A stretch of 55,833 nucleotides of DNA from a virus (taxonomy: Duplodnaviria > Caudoviricetes). The stretch covers positions 1 to 55,833 of IMG/VR virus record IMGVR_UViG_3300021371_000019; one strand, given 5' to 3'. The notes beneath the pieces are model-generated. The model made no database searches, was not told the origin of the DNA, and saw nothing but the letters and a program-made list of their open reading frames with translations. Made by a program: the position numbers and the translations under genes. Position 1 is the stretch's first letter. Every line of letters begins with the position of its first letter. Below, piece after piece: positions 46,818 through 54,185 of this stretch.

Positions 46818-47901
46818 TACCCTTTCTCCTATCTAATGCTGACTTAGCTGCAGCATAAGTATGCTTATGGTATGGATTGAGTGACGAGATATTCTGATGC
46901 CCTGTCACGGACATTATAGCTAGATGATCTACCTCTGAGTCAATCATTTCTACGATAGCACTCTTTCTTAAATCTCCGACAAGTAAATTAGATGGTAAGT
47001 CTGCAGCTTCTTTTATTTGATTTGCTAACCACGATACCTGACCTACGTTTAGCGGCCTGTAAGCACCGTCTGATGGCCTCTGATGTGGTACTACATACTC
47101 TTGAAAGTCCCAGTCTTTCTTCTGTTGTGTGAGCATGTTCATAATCTCATCAGATATTGGTAGCTCAACTGTTGCACCACGTTTAGTTTGTTTTATTTTT
47201 ACTTTCTTTTCTTTAAAATTAATTGAAGACCACTTTAATAATCTTATATCAGTAGGTCTTTGTGCCCATTCATAGCACATTAGTACAATTAATCCCACGT
47301 TACGCCAATCAAAGTCAGTGAATGCCACATCAAGAAATTTTTCTACTTGTTCTTTTGTCCATGTTGTATCCCTTGTTTCATGTTTTCTTTTACGAACTTT
47401 AGACATGGGGTTATACTTAATTAAATCAATAGAGATACAAAAATTTATTAATAATGAAAAGATTCTTGCACACTGATTCCCTTTTGACACACTCACATCT
47501 TCACACCATTCCTCATAGGCTTCAGTGCAGTGCATTGCAGTAAGATCTTTAATCTTAATCTGACCTAACTTCCTACTACCAACACTTGTGTTAGCTATAG
47601 CATTCATTGTGTTATCATAGGTTTTCTGTGAGCTATATGCCAACTGTTTAAAATGTGTAGTTGTAACATAGTATTTATAGATGTGTAGTATTGTAGAGTT
47701 GGCTCCAATATTTCCTGCGACAATATCCCCACGTTTAAATGCCTCTACCTTTTCTACTAGCCTTGGTATTTCATACCTTGCTGCACGTCCATCTTTAAAT
47801 GTTTGTCTTCGTACAACACCAGCATCAATAGCATCTTGTGGTGGTGTGAATCTCCATACAGTACCAGCCTTTAAGTTTCCTTTCTTTGTATATTTATACA
47901 T
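46804..47901 (-). CDS. Tyrosine recombinase/integrase family protein
   Basis: QRP.DI (Arg I), KQTK, GDLR in place of HxLR, TGH and downstream Tyr. Confidence 0.9.
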   Translation of the reverse strand: MYKYTKKGNLKAGTVWRFTPPQDAIDAGVVRRQTFKDGRAARYEIPRLVEKVEAFKRGDIVAGNIGANSTILHIYKYYVTTTHFKQLAYSSQKTYDNTMNAIANTSVGSRKLGQIKIKDLTAMHCTEAYEEWCEDVSVSKGNQCARIFSLLINFCISIDLIKYNPMSKVRKRKHETRDTTWTKEQVEKFLDVAFTDFDWRNVGLIVLMCYEWAQRPTDIRLLKWSSINFKEKKVKIKQTKRGATVELPISDEIMNMLTQQKKDWDFQEYVVPHQRPSDGAYRPLNVGQVSWLANQIKEAADLPSNLLVGDLRKSAIVEMIDSEVDHLAIMSVTGHQNISSLNPYHKHTYAAAKSALDRRKGNEKT

Positions 47902-47946
47902 AGTAATATATGATCCTTATAATAATACTAAAAAGTAAGAGTAGCA

Positions 47947-47977
47947 TAGTAGGGTACTACATAGCAATACCCTACTA
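47947..47977. repeat. 10-bp inverted repeat upstream of the recombinase
   Basis: TAGTAGGGTA-N11-TACCCTACTA. Confidence 0.85.
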
Positions 47978-47981
47978 CAGT

Positions 47982-48182
47982 TTATAGTCTGTAACCGTCA
48001 TCTTTCCATGACATAACCTCTGCAATCTTTTCCACATCGCATAAGCTTTTAATACATTCGTATATAGTTACAGTACAGTCTGCAAAAGACAGGCTGTTAG
48101 CAACGTCTACACTATCCGAAAGTAGATCTTGATAGGTAGATGCAACCTTTTCATCCTTATGGATAATTTCTACGTAATACAT
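47982..48182 (-). CDS. Hypothetical early protein
   Basis: Tandem small ORF. Confidence 0.6.
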   Translation of the reverse strand: MYYVEIIHKDEKVASTYQDLLSDSVDVANSLSFADCTVTIYECIKSLCDVEKIAEVMSWKDDGYRL

Positions 48183-48186
48183 AACA

Positions 48187-48447
48187 CTAACGCTTACCCC
48201 CTTCTATCACAATTAGTTGTGGGTTTCTTGGTTTAGATGTCAAAACATTTCGCAACTCTTCGTACCTTTCTAAATTGTAGTCTCGCATTTTTATCACAGG
48301 CTCTGTGTCCATGATGTCAAAGACAGCATTGGGAAATGCCTCTTCTAGTTTTTCACAGATAAGACTAGCACTTTCGATGGTCGAGCACCTCATTACGAGG
48401 CACTCTTCCAACTCATCGACATACATTTCTACTACATAATAATCCAT
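48187..48447 (-). CDS. Hypothetical early protein
   Basis: AGGA RBS; ends L.VIEGG motif. Confidence 0.7.
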   Translation of the reverse strand: MDYYVVEMYVDELEECLVMRCSTIESASLICEKLEEAFPNAVFDIMDTEPVIKMRDYNLERYEELRNVLTSKPRNPQLIVIEGGKR

Positions 48448-48450
48448 ATA

Positions 48451-48669
48451 CTATCCTGCAAAGTGATGCAGCTTACGTCCATAAGCATGTTGAATGTACA
48501 AACTACGTTTACCAAAGTGATAGGCATTCATAGTACTAAGTGGTTCATACTTTAACCAACCACGAGAGCTACGGCTACGCTTACGGTATAGTCCTTTCTT
48601 ACCTAACAGGTTGAAACGAAACCCTTTTGTTCCGTCATTGAGTGGTTTAGTTGCTACTAGTACAAACAT
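48451..48669 (-). CDS. Basic hypothetical early protein
   Basis: AAGGAG RBS. Confidence 0.75.
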   Translation of the reverse strand: MFVLVATKPLNDGTKGFRFNLLGKKGLYRKRSRSSRGWLKYEPLSTMNAYHFGKRSLYIQHAYGRKLHHFAG

Positions 48670-48691
48670 GTTTAACTCCTTTGTGTTTGTA

Positions 48692-48958
48692 TTAAGAATA
48701 ATAAGGGTGGATGCAGAGGTGAGGAAATGCCATTCTCATTTTAGTCTCTGCAGTAGATATAGCTCTAGCATCTTCTATGGTAATGTCAAACATTTCTCTA
48801 AGATTGCCATCTGCTTCTTGCAGTGCAGCATAGGCAGACTTGATTGCCTTAACCTGTTCGTCCATCAGGTTGTTACACTTTTCTTCAAGCTCTATTCTAT
48901 GTTGTTCCCGTTTGTCTGCCCACTCTTGGTGGTTCTTTGCGATTTCTTCTGGAGTCAT
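48692..48958 (-). CDS. Hypothetical early coiled-coil protein
   Basis: AAGGA RBS directly after a dyad motif. Confidence 0.75.
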   Translation of the reverse strand: MTPEEIAKNHQEWADKREQHRIELEEKCNNLMDEQVKAIKSAYAALQEADGNLREMFDITIEDARAISTAETKMRMAFPHLCIHPYYS

Positions 48959-48973
48959 TGTAGTTCCTTTCCA

Positions 48974-48994
48974 TTCTCGGAATTTCCGTGATTA
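48974..48994 (-). promoter_or_regulatory. Dyad motif copy 1, TAATCACGGAAATTCCGAGAA
   Basis: Begins at the TAA stop of the DUF932 gene. Confidence 0.9.
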
Positions 48995-49831
48995 AGCTGC
49001 TAATAAAAAACGATTGTCACTGACCCACTTAGATACCTCCTGTTCTCTACCCCACATTGAGGTAGCTTGTGTGTCATTACCTGTCTTACGTAGATTAAAT
49101 CCGTTACGATCATCTGCATAAGTAGCATAATTAGTAAAGGCAGAGTACAAGGCCCACTTGTTTTCACCTCTCATGCATGTCTCTGTACGGTACAGTTGAT
49201 ACATCTTCTTTGCCTTACGTTCTGATGGTATCATTGCTTCTAGCAAAGCCTCTACATCTACATTTTTTAGGCTAGTCTGCGCCCATGTTTTCATCTTGAT
49301 AGCTTGCTCATAGAAGTCTGACCGTAGGTTAGACAGTTCATTTATGAATGAGCTAAGTGAGAAGTTAGAGGTGTTCTTTCTCCGAACCTTGTCATGCTCA
49401 CCACTGATGCACCCATTAGTGCAGAAGCTATCAATAGCACCAAAGAATACTTGGTTACTACATGACCCATCAATACCATGTAATGATATGATACGGTTCT
49501 TTACCTCAGTCTGATGTCGATCAGTTTCTATAACTGATTTCATGCTAGGTAATGTGATGTCGAGCATAGCCCAAGCACCACCACGGGCAGTTCTGAAGTT
49601 AAAGTCTGCACCATGTAAGTCACCCTCTTGTAACTCTTGAGTGGCAGTGTCTACGACATTACGAAAGAAGTCACCATGATTGGCACAGGTAAAGTCCTTG
49701 CCCACAATACCAAGGTATTCACCTGTATTAGTATTGATTACATACTTCTTGTCTTTGAATTTAGTTTCCTCAAACTCTACTTCAAAGTCCAAGTGCTCTG
49801 GTACGAATGATGTTGTTGTATCAAATGGCAT
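48992..49831 (-). CDS. DUF932 family protein
   Basis: LGIVG..F, H..DGS, FCTNG and W.LY.AFT motifs; ATG 49831 has TAAGGAG RBS. Confidence 0.8.
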   Translation of the reverse strand: MPFDTTTSFVPEHLDFEVEFEETKFKDKKYVINTNTGEYLGIVGKDFTCANHGDFFRNVVDTATQELQEGDLHGADFNFRTARGGAWAMLDITLPSMKSVIETDRHQTEVKNRIISLHGIDGSCSNQVFFGAIDSFCTNGCISGEHDKVRRKNTSNFSLSSFINELSNLRSDFYEQAIKMKTWAQTSLKNVDVEALLEAMIPSERKAKKMYQLYRTETCMRGENKWALYSAFTNYATYADDRNGFNLRKTGNDTQATSMWGREQEVSKWVSDNRFLLAA

Positions 49832-49842
49832 TTTGTTTCTCC

Positions 49843-50541
49843 TTAATGCTCTGATAGATGCACAATCTGTGTGCGGTTGATAGTCTTTTGTGCAAAGCAA
49901 CCTGCCTTGCAGTCCTTGCAGTGACCCTTGAGATCCTTGTGAGTCTTAGGGCATAGGAACATTCTTGTTCCATAGACAGGATCAGATGTCAAGTCATCAT
50001 CACCATAGAACATAATATTCCAGTCATCATCAATCAACATCTTCCATTCAGCTTTGCTGTTGGATGGGTCAAGAGATGCATTAATAGCACAGTTAGGTAG
50101 AGGCATAAGCTCTTTCTCAATTAAAGCTTTGAGGCGTGGATTACGCCATGCTCTGGTAGGAATCCACCATGTAATATCTGGGTTAAGTAGGCACATAGTC
50201 TTGACACGGTACACATCAATCACATCTTTGAAGGCTTCGCCTCGTGTCATGTGACGAACACGACTAGTATCGTACCGTTTACGACTAAAGAATTTAGTGA
50301 AGTCAGAGTTAGACTTGTTTAGTTTTTGCCAGATAGTCTCGCACCTGTCATCACGTTTAGCCATGTTTGGGTATATCTTGTATAACTTAACGTTATAACA
50401 AGTGTCATCACAGTAATCTGTACGGTGGTCACAAGAGCCAGTATGGTTCTCGGTATCATTTATCGGTCTGTCTGTTGCAGCCATGCCTATGTCTTTGCAT
50501 TCTCTAAATAGATCATTAAGTTCTTGTGTGGATAAAGTCAT
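49843..50541 (-). CDS. Cys-rich Gp88-like protein (radical-SAM-related fold, probable)
   Basis: C......C...CY..K, R....GE, WWIPTR and CP........C..C...C motifs. Confidence 0.6.
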   Translation of the reverse strand: MTLSTQELNDLFRECKDIGMAATDRPINDTENHTGSCDHRTDYCDDTCYNVKLYKIYPNMAKRDDRCETIWQKLNKSNSDFTKFFSRKRYDTSRVRHMTRGEAFKDVIDVYRVKTMCLLNPDITWWIPTRAWRNPRLKALIEKELMPLPNCAINASLDPSNSKAEWKMLIDDDWNIMFYGDDDLTSDPVYGTRMFLCPKTHKDLKGHCKDCKAGCFAQKTINRTQIVHLSEH

Positions 50542-50561
50542 TCTCGGAATCTCCGTGATTA
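50541..50561 (-). promoter_or_regulatory. Dyad motif copy 2, TAATCACGGAGATTCCGAGAA
   Basis: Runs into the ATG of the next gene; the variant base creates a GGAG RBS. Confidence 0.9.
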
Positions 50562-50570
50562 GATTTTCGT

Positions 50571-50963
50571 TTAAGTTCTGAATACCTTTATGACAGGTTT
50601 ATTTTGTTTGTCAATATACAAATAAGCAACCTCGGCATGGTAGATCGGTTCATCGTGCTCATCTACAAATGTGTTTGCATGATATGGGTTATACCGTACA
50701 CGTTCAAGCCTAGCTACATCATAGGGCAAGGCATAGTCAGGGTCTTGAAACCATAGGTCAGCATCCACCTCAACCTCTTGAGGTCTAACGAATGCGTGTA
50801 CATTCTTAACCTGTTCATCCTGAGTCTTTGCCCACCCTGCAGGTTGCACTGCAAAGACAGGCTTGTGTGCTATGATACTATTAGTATGCCATTGAACCTT
50901 ACCGTTTCTTTTCCTTACAGAAAAGACATGCTTGTGTAGGTTATAATATATCTCGGTCTTCAT
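50571..50963 (-). CDS. Conserved phage hypothetical protein
   Basis: Y.NLH...FS, F.V..AG, KNVHAFV and YNPY motifs; GGAG RBS before ATG 50963. Confidence 0.75.
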   Translation of the reverse strand: MKTEIYYNLHKHVFSVRKRNGKVQWHTNSIIAHKPVFAVQPAGWAKTQDEQVKNVHAFVRPQEVEVDADLWFQDPDYALPYDVARLERVRYNPYHANTFVDEHDEPIYHAEVAYLYIDKQNKPVIKVFRT

Positions 50964-50974
50964 TTGATTCTCCA

Positions 50975-50995
50975 TTCTCGGAATTTCCGTGATTA
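50975..50995 (-). promoter_or_regulatory. Dyad motif copy 3, TAATCACGGAAATTCCGAGAA
   Basis: Begins at the TAA stop of 50993..51391. Confidence 0.9.
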
Positions 50996-51391
50996 CAATT
51001 TGATGCCTAGTACCAGTTCTCGTGATAGCTCATGCCATCCAGTAGGCATACATAGATACGCCTTGTTCTGCTGCAAGTGTACAATTATATTACCCACAGA
51101 TAGGCTAGTGTCACCCTTAGCAAGGGTAGTAACCTTAGCTTTACCATAGCCATTCCCTGCATCAAAGACAGCTTCCAATGGGTCAACAGATTCAGATAGT
51201 ACACCTAGATGCAGGAACTTGGTTGGATAATACATGTTATGAAACAAAGCATCATTAACACTCTGCTCTGCAGACTTCTCATTGAGAAGCCTCAGATCAA
51301 AAGCAATTCTTGCTATCTCTGACTGAGGGTTCTCATTGATTATGTCATAGACTTCTGGTCTGAATTGATAGACGAGGTATGATCTGGACAT
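50993..51391 (-). CDS. Hypothetical protein with YodL-like motif
   Basis: LE.VF...N, SLSVG.II, Y.C...GW; AAGGAG RBS. Confidence 0.65.
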   Translation of the reverse strand: MSRSYLVYQFRPEVYDIINENPQSEIARIAFDLRLLNEKSAEQSVNDALFHNMYYPTKFLHLGVLSESVDPLEAVFDAGNGYGKAKVTTLAKGDTSLSVGNIIVHLQQNKAYLCMPTGWHELSRELVLGIKL

Positions 51392-51532
51392 TGGCTTAAC
51401 TCCTTGTTGCCATGAATTTCCTTAGTTCTGTCACATGATGAAACAGATGTCAAGGCTTTTGTTTTGAATAGCATTTGTTGATGCCATATAGACCGCCAAT
51501 ATTTGTCGGCACGTAGTGATTGTCTGTCACGT

Positions 51533-51790
51533 TTACTCCTCATCCTCATCTCCACAAATGTCATTCCATTCTTCAGGGCTGATACCTGTCTTAATAAACT
51601 CACGTTGCTCGGCATCCAAGTCAGGCATTACATTCTGAATCAGTTCACCTGATTGTAGCCAGTATTCTATCTTACCTTGAGTCGTAGGTAAAACCATAGA
51701 GTTTACCTTACCTGAAAGCATAGACTTCTTGTGAACAAATACTTTGTTCTCTGCAATGTGTTCTATCCGCATGTCATTCTCCTTTTGCAT
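51533..51790 (-). CDS. Conserved phage hypothetical protein
   Basis: LIQ...P.L....REFI.TGI...EW; true start probably 51772-51777. Confidence 0.75.
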   Translation of the reverse strand: MQKENDMRIEHIAENKVFVHKKSMLSGKVNSMVLPTTQGKIEYWLQSGELIQNVMPDLDAEQREFIKTGISPEEWNDICGDEDEE

Positions 51791-52004
51791 ATGCTTTTGC
51801 TTTTACCAAAGCAATTATTAATTGATCAGAATTCATGTGTCTTACTACATCATCATAAAAATCTGATGCCTTAGTCACATCATAAAACCACAGACTTGTA
51901 TTAATAAATCCATAGTCATCATGTATTAGTGCTACCTCTACTAAGCCAACATCGCCATCGGGAACTATGGATAAGGTATATCCATTACCTAAATCTAACT
52001 TCAT
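51774..52004 (-). CDS. Hypothetical early protein
   Basis: AAGGAG RBS. Confidence 0.75.
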   Translation of the reverse strand: MKLDLGNGYTLSIVPDGDVGLVEVALIHDDYGFINTSLWFYDVTKASDFYDDVVRHMNSDQLIIALVKAKAYAKGE

Positions 52005-52150
52005 TTAATTCTCCTTTTCATTCTCGGATTTTCCGTGATTAGTCTTGCATTACTAGGGAAACGTTTCAGTATCTTCGATACTTGCCGCATGTCACGACAA
52101 GTAAGATAAGAAAACATAAACCCTTCATCATCATAAAAACATACCCGCAT
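52001..52150 (-). CDS. Possible 49-aa protein reading through dyad copy 4 (not in ORF track)
   Basis: GGGGG upstream of ATG; ATGA overlap with the next gene. Confidence 0.5.
   Translation of the reverse strand: MRVCFYDDEGFMFSYLTCRDMRQVSKILKRFPSNARLITENPRMKRRIK
52021..52041 (-). promoter_or_regulatory. Dyad motif copy 4, TAATCACGGAAAATCCGAGAA
   Basis: One mismatch to consensus; just upstream of an RBS. Confidence 0.9.
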
Positions 52151-52152
52151 GA

Positions 52153-52308
52153 TCACCCCCGATCAAAAGCTAAAACAGAAAGTAATATTACTACAGGTAG
52201 TAATGATAATAATATTATAGGATTAATAGTAGTATAAGCTACTATTAATAATATACTTGTAGTAGATACAAGTATTAATAACCAAGCAAAGAATATTACT
52301 AATTGCAT
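52153..52308 (-). CDS. 51-aa two-helix membrane protein (not in ORF track)
   Basis: AAGGAG RBS; MQLVIFFAWLLILVSTTSILLIVAYTTINPIILLSLLPVVILLSVLAFDRG. Confidence 0.7.
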   Translation of the reverse strand: MQLVIFFAWLLILVSTTSILLIVAYTTINPIILLSLLPVVILLSVLAFDRG

Positions 52309-52341
52309 GACGTGATCTCCTTCTGCCGCATGCTTACAAAA

Positions 52342-52366
52342 GTATTCACGGAAATTCCGTGAATAC
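52342..52366. promoter_or_regulatory. Dyad motif copy 5, perfectly symmetric GTATTCACGGAA-A-TTCCGTGAATAC
   Basis: 12-bp arms around one central base. Confidence 0.9.
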
Positions 52367-52391
52367 CACTATACTTCTTTGAAGTATAAGC

Positions 52392-52418
52392 AAAAAAAAA
52401 GCTCCCCGAAGGGAGCTT
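52392..52418 (-). terminator. Rho-independent terminator
   Basis: GCTCCC-TTCG-GGGAGC followed by T9 on the minus strand. Confidence 0.92.
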
Positions 52419-52421
52419 CTT

Positions 52422-52607
52422 TTATATTTCACCAAGAGCAATCAAACAATCTATAAAGCCTTCAGCTTTATGTTTGTTGACCCAATGGTCACTCTCCTTT
52501 TTAAGGAGGACTGGATGATCTATATGATCGTTTATTAAACGACCTTGATAACAAAAACAGTATTCAGTATTTGAATACTCTAAGATTTGAACTCCACAAT
52601 ATTCCAT
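52422..52607 (-). CDS. Hypothetical early protein
   Basis: GGAG RBS; followed by terminator. Confidence 0.7.
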   Translation of the reverse strand: MEYCGVQILEYSNTEYCFCYQGRLINDHIDHPVLLKKESDHWVNKHKAEGFIDCLIALGEI

Positions 52608-52628
52608 TTTAAATCTCCGATTTAAAGT

Positions 52629-52648
52629 TAATCACGGAAATTCCGAGA
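52629..52648 (+). promoter_or_regulatory. Dyad motif copy 6, in opposite orientation
   Basis: TAATCACGGAAATTCCGAGA read on the + strand. Confidence 0.9.
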
Positions 52649-52653
52649 TTGAA

Positions 52654-52673
52654 TAGCCCCCCGAAGGGGGCTA
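52654..52673 (-). terminator. UUCG hairpin after the first early gene (weak terminator or stability element)
   Basis: TAGCCCCC-TTCG-GGGGGCTA without a long T tract. Confidence 0.6.
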
Positions 52674-52679
52674 AATGAT

Positions 52680-53294
52680 TTACTTAAAGAGCTTTGCAAG
52701 CTCTTTTGCGAACTCAGATCTCTTAAAGCCTCCGGCTTGAAGAGCATCAAATACTTGCTCTGCAAGTTCTTTTTCGTTCTTGGCAATCACTGTCTCAAAG
52801 ACAGTGTTCTTGATCACTTCCTCAGCCTTATTAGGCTGTTCAGAAGCCTTCGGCTTGCCCTTTGAAGTGTTACCGGCTGAAGAAGCTTTAGGCTTCTTAC
52901 GAAGCTCAGGATGAGCTTCCAGAACAATCTTCCGTATCGAAGATACGCCGAGAGCCGAAAGCTTACCAGCTTTATTTAACTGTTGGACTTTAGTCCAATG
53001 AGTGGCAATCCACTTGGCATCATACTTATCAGCAGAGCTGATGTTCTCATTCGACATATCAGTTCCACTGATAAAGGAGCCGTAGGCTTTCTTGTCACCA
53101 CCGAACAGATTTTCAATCTGAAGCAGGATGTTTCCAAGCTCTCTAAAGAGAGCTAACTGATCCTCTTGGATCAGATAAAGCTTGTCATAACAAGCCACCG
53201 CATGACTGATTCCATCAGTCAAAGTATAGGTCTTACGACCTAATTTGAAAGTGCTGTTCAATGTTACCGTAGGTAAAGTAGCTGATTTTGTCAT
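52680..53294 (-). CDS. First gene of the early arm, 204-aa hypothetical protein
   Basis: GGAG RBS, own promoter and hairpin; basic linker before a small C-terminal domain. Confidence 0.8.
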   Translation of the reverse strand: MTKSATLPTVTLNSTFKLGRKTYTLTDGISHAVACYDKLYLIQEDQLALFRELGNILLQIENLFGGDKKAYGSFISGTDMSNENISSADKYDAKWIATHWTKVQQLNKAGKLSALGVSSIRKIVLEAHPELRKKPKASSAGNTSKGKPKASEQPNKAEEVIKNTVFETVIAKNEKELAEQVFDALQAGGFKRSEFAKELAKLFK

Positions 53295-53353
53295 CGTTAA
53301 TCTCCGATTAAGTTAAGGTTGTTGCCCCATCGATTTGCCGATGAAGCCCTTAC

Positions 53354-53383
53354 AAAGTAACTCTAATTCGATCCCATTGTCAA
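53354..53383 (-). promoter_or_regulatory. Early promoter TTGACA-N18-TACTTT
   Basis: Perfect -35 about 85 bp upstream of the first early gene. Confidence 0.55.
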
Positions 53384-53405
53384 CCCCTTTAGGGGGTTGG
53401 CTATC

Positions 53406-53424
53406 CTCGGAATTTCCGTGATTA
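53406..53424 (-). promoter_or_regulatory. Dyad motif copy 7, flanked by two CCCCTTTAGGGG palindromes
   Basis: TAATCACGGAAATTCCGAG; identical 12-mers at 53384 and 53429. Confidence 0.9.
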
Positions 53425-53525
53425 ACTTCCCCTTTAGGGGAAACTTTTTGATCTTTTGGTGAGCATTATGCGCAAGGAAAAGCTATGCAGGTGATCCCGA
53501 TCCCAAGCATGATCCCAGATGATTG

Positions 53526-53682
53526 AACCATATTATGGTTTGACCATGATCTTGGTCTAAAGACCAAAGCCCTGTAATTCCCAAGAGATTACCTTGTAAT
53601 CTGATAAAGGGAATCCCTTATTGTTTGTAAAAACAATACATTTCAATGACTTGTCATTGATTCTTGCTGAATCCTACGGATT
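53526..53682. repeat. Chain of seven short inverted repeats
   Basis: Arms of 5-8 bp with 1-4 nt centres, listed in findings. Confidence 0.85.
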
Positions 53683-54030
53683 TATAGGCGTGATCAAGCC
53701 CCATCTAGGCTACGGGGGGCATGGGCCATAGGGGGGTACGCTGATACTATATACCCATAATGACAGAGGGGGGTATTTTCAGTTGGAAACCACAATAATA
53801 CCAGCCCATATATAGTATTCCCTAGTAAAAACAAGGGGTTAAGCCTAATATTGCTACGAAAGGCAAAGGTTATTGTAGAATACTTGGGGGATTACGTGAG
53901 GTATGTTGCAATGTTTGTAACAATTTGTGAACATCTGGACTTATACTTTATGGTAACTGGACTTATATAGAAATTTAATGGTGGTAAATAAAAATTAAAT
54001 TAATTTAAATATTATTTCTTACTTTTAGTG

Positions 54031-54058
54031 TTGACAAATAATTGGAGTGCGGTATAAT
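54031..54058 (+). promoter_or_regulatory. Promoter TTGACA-N16-TATAAT
   Basis: Both hexamers consensus; AT-rich upstream. Confidence 0.85.
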
Positions 54059-54185
54059 TACTTAAAGTATTACTTAGAGTAGTACTTTAAATATTAAATA
54101 CTAATTATAATTATAGTAAGTAATTAATATTTAAGGAAATCCTTTAAGGATGGTGTAATTTTTTTACTGTCGTAGGTAAAAAGTA

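Noticed and set aside
46804-47901. Classical integron integrase with attC cassettes
   Set aside because: No IntI-type features recognised, and the dyads lack GTTRRRY/RYYYAAC boxes and attC length; only a looser analogy is kept
37824-51149. Plus-strand ORFs within the minus-strand arm (37824, 40141, 41428, 42079, 45214, 48611 and others)
   Set aside because: Overlap well-supported minus-strand genes and run against operon direction
51450-51530. 26-codon minus-strand ORF with AGGAG and GTG start
   Set aside because: Too short and featureless to support; the RBS-like sequence is also the end of the upstream gene
48974-53424. CRISPR array interpretation of the repeated dyad
   Set aside because: Spacing is irregular (about 290-1570 bp), intervals contain whole genes, orientation is mixed and there is no cas operon
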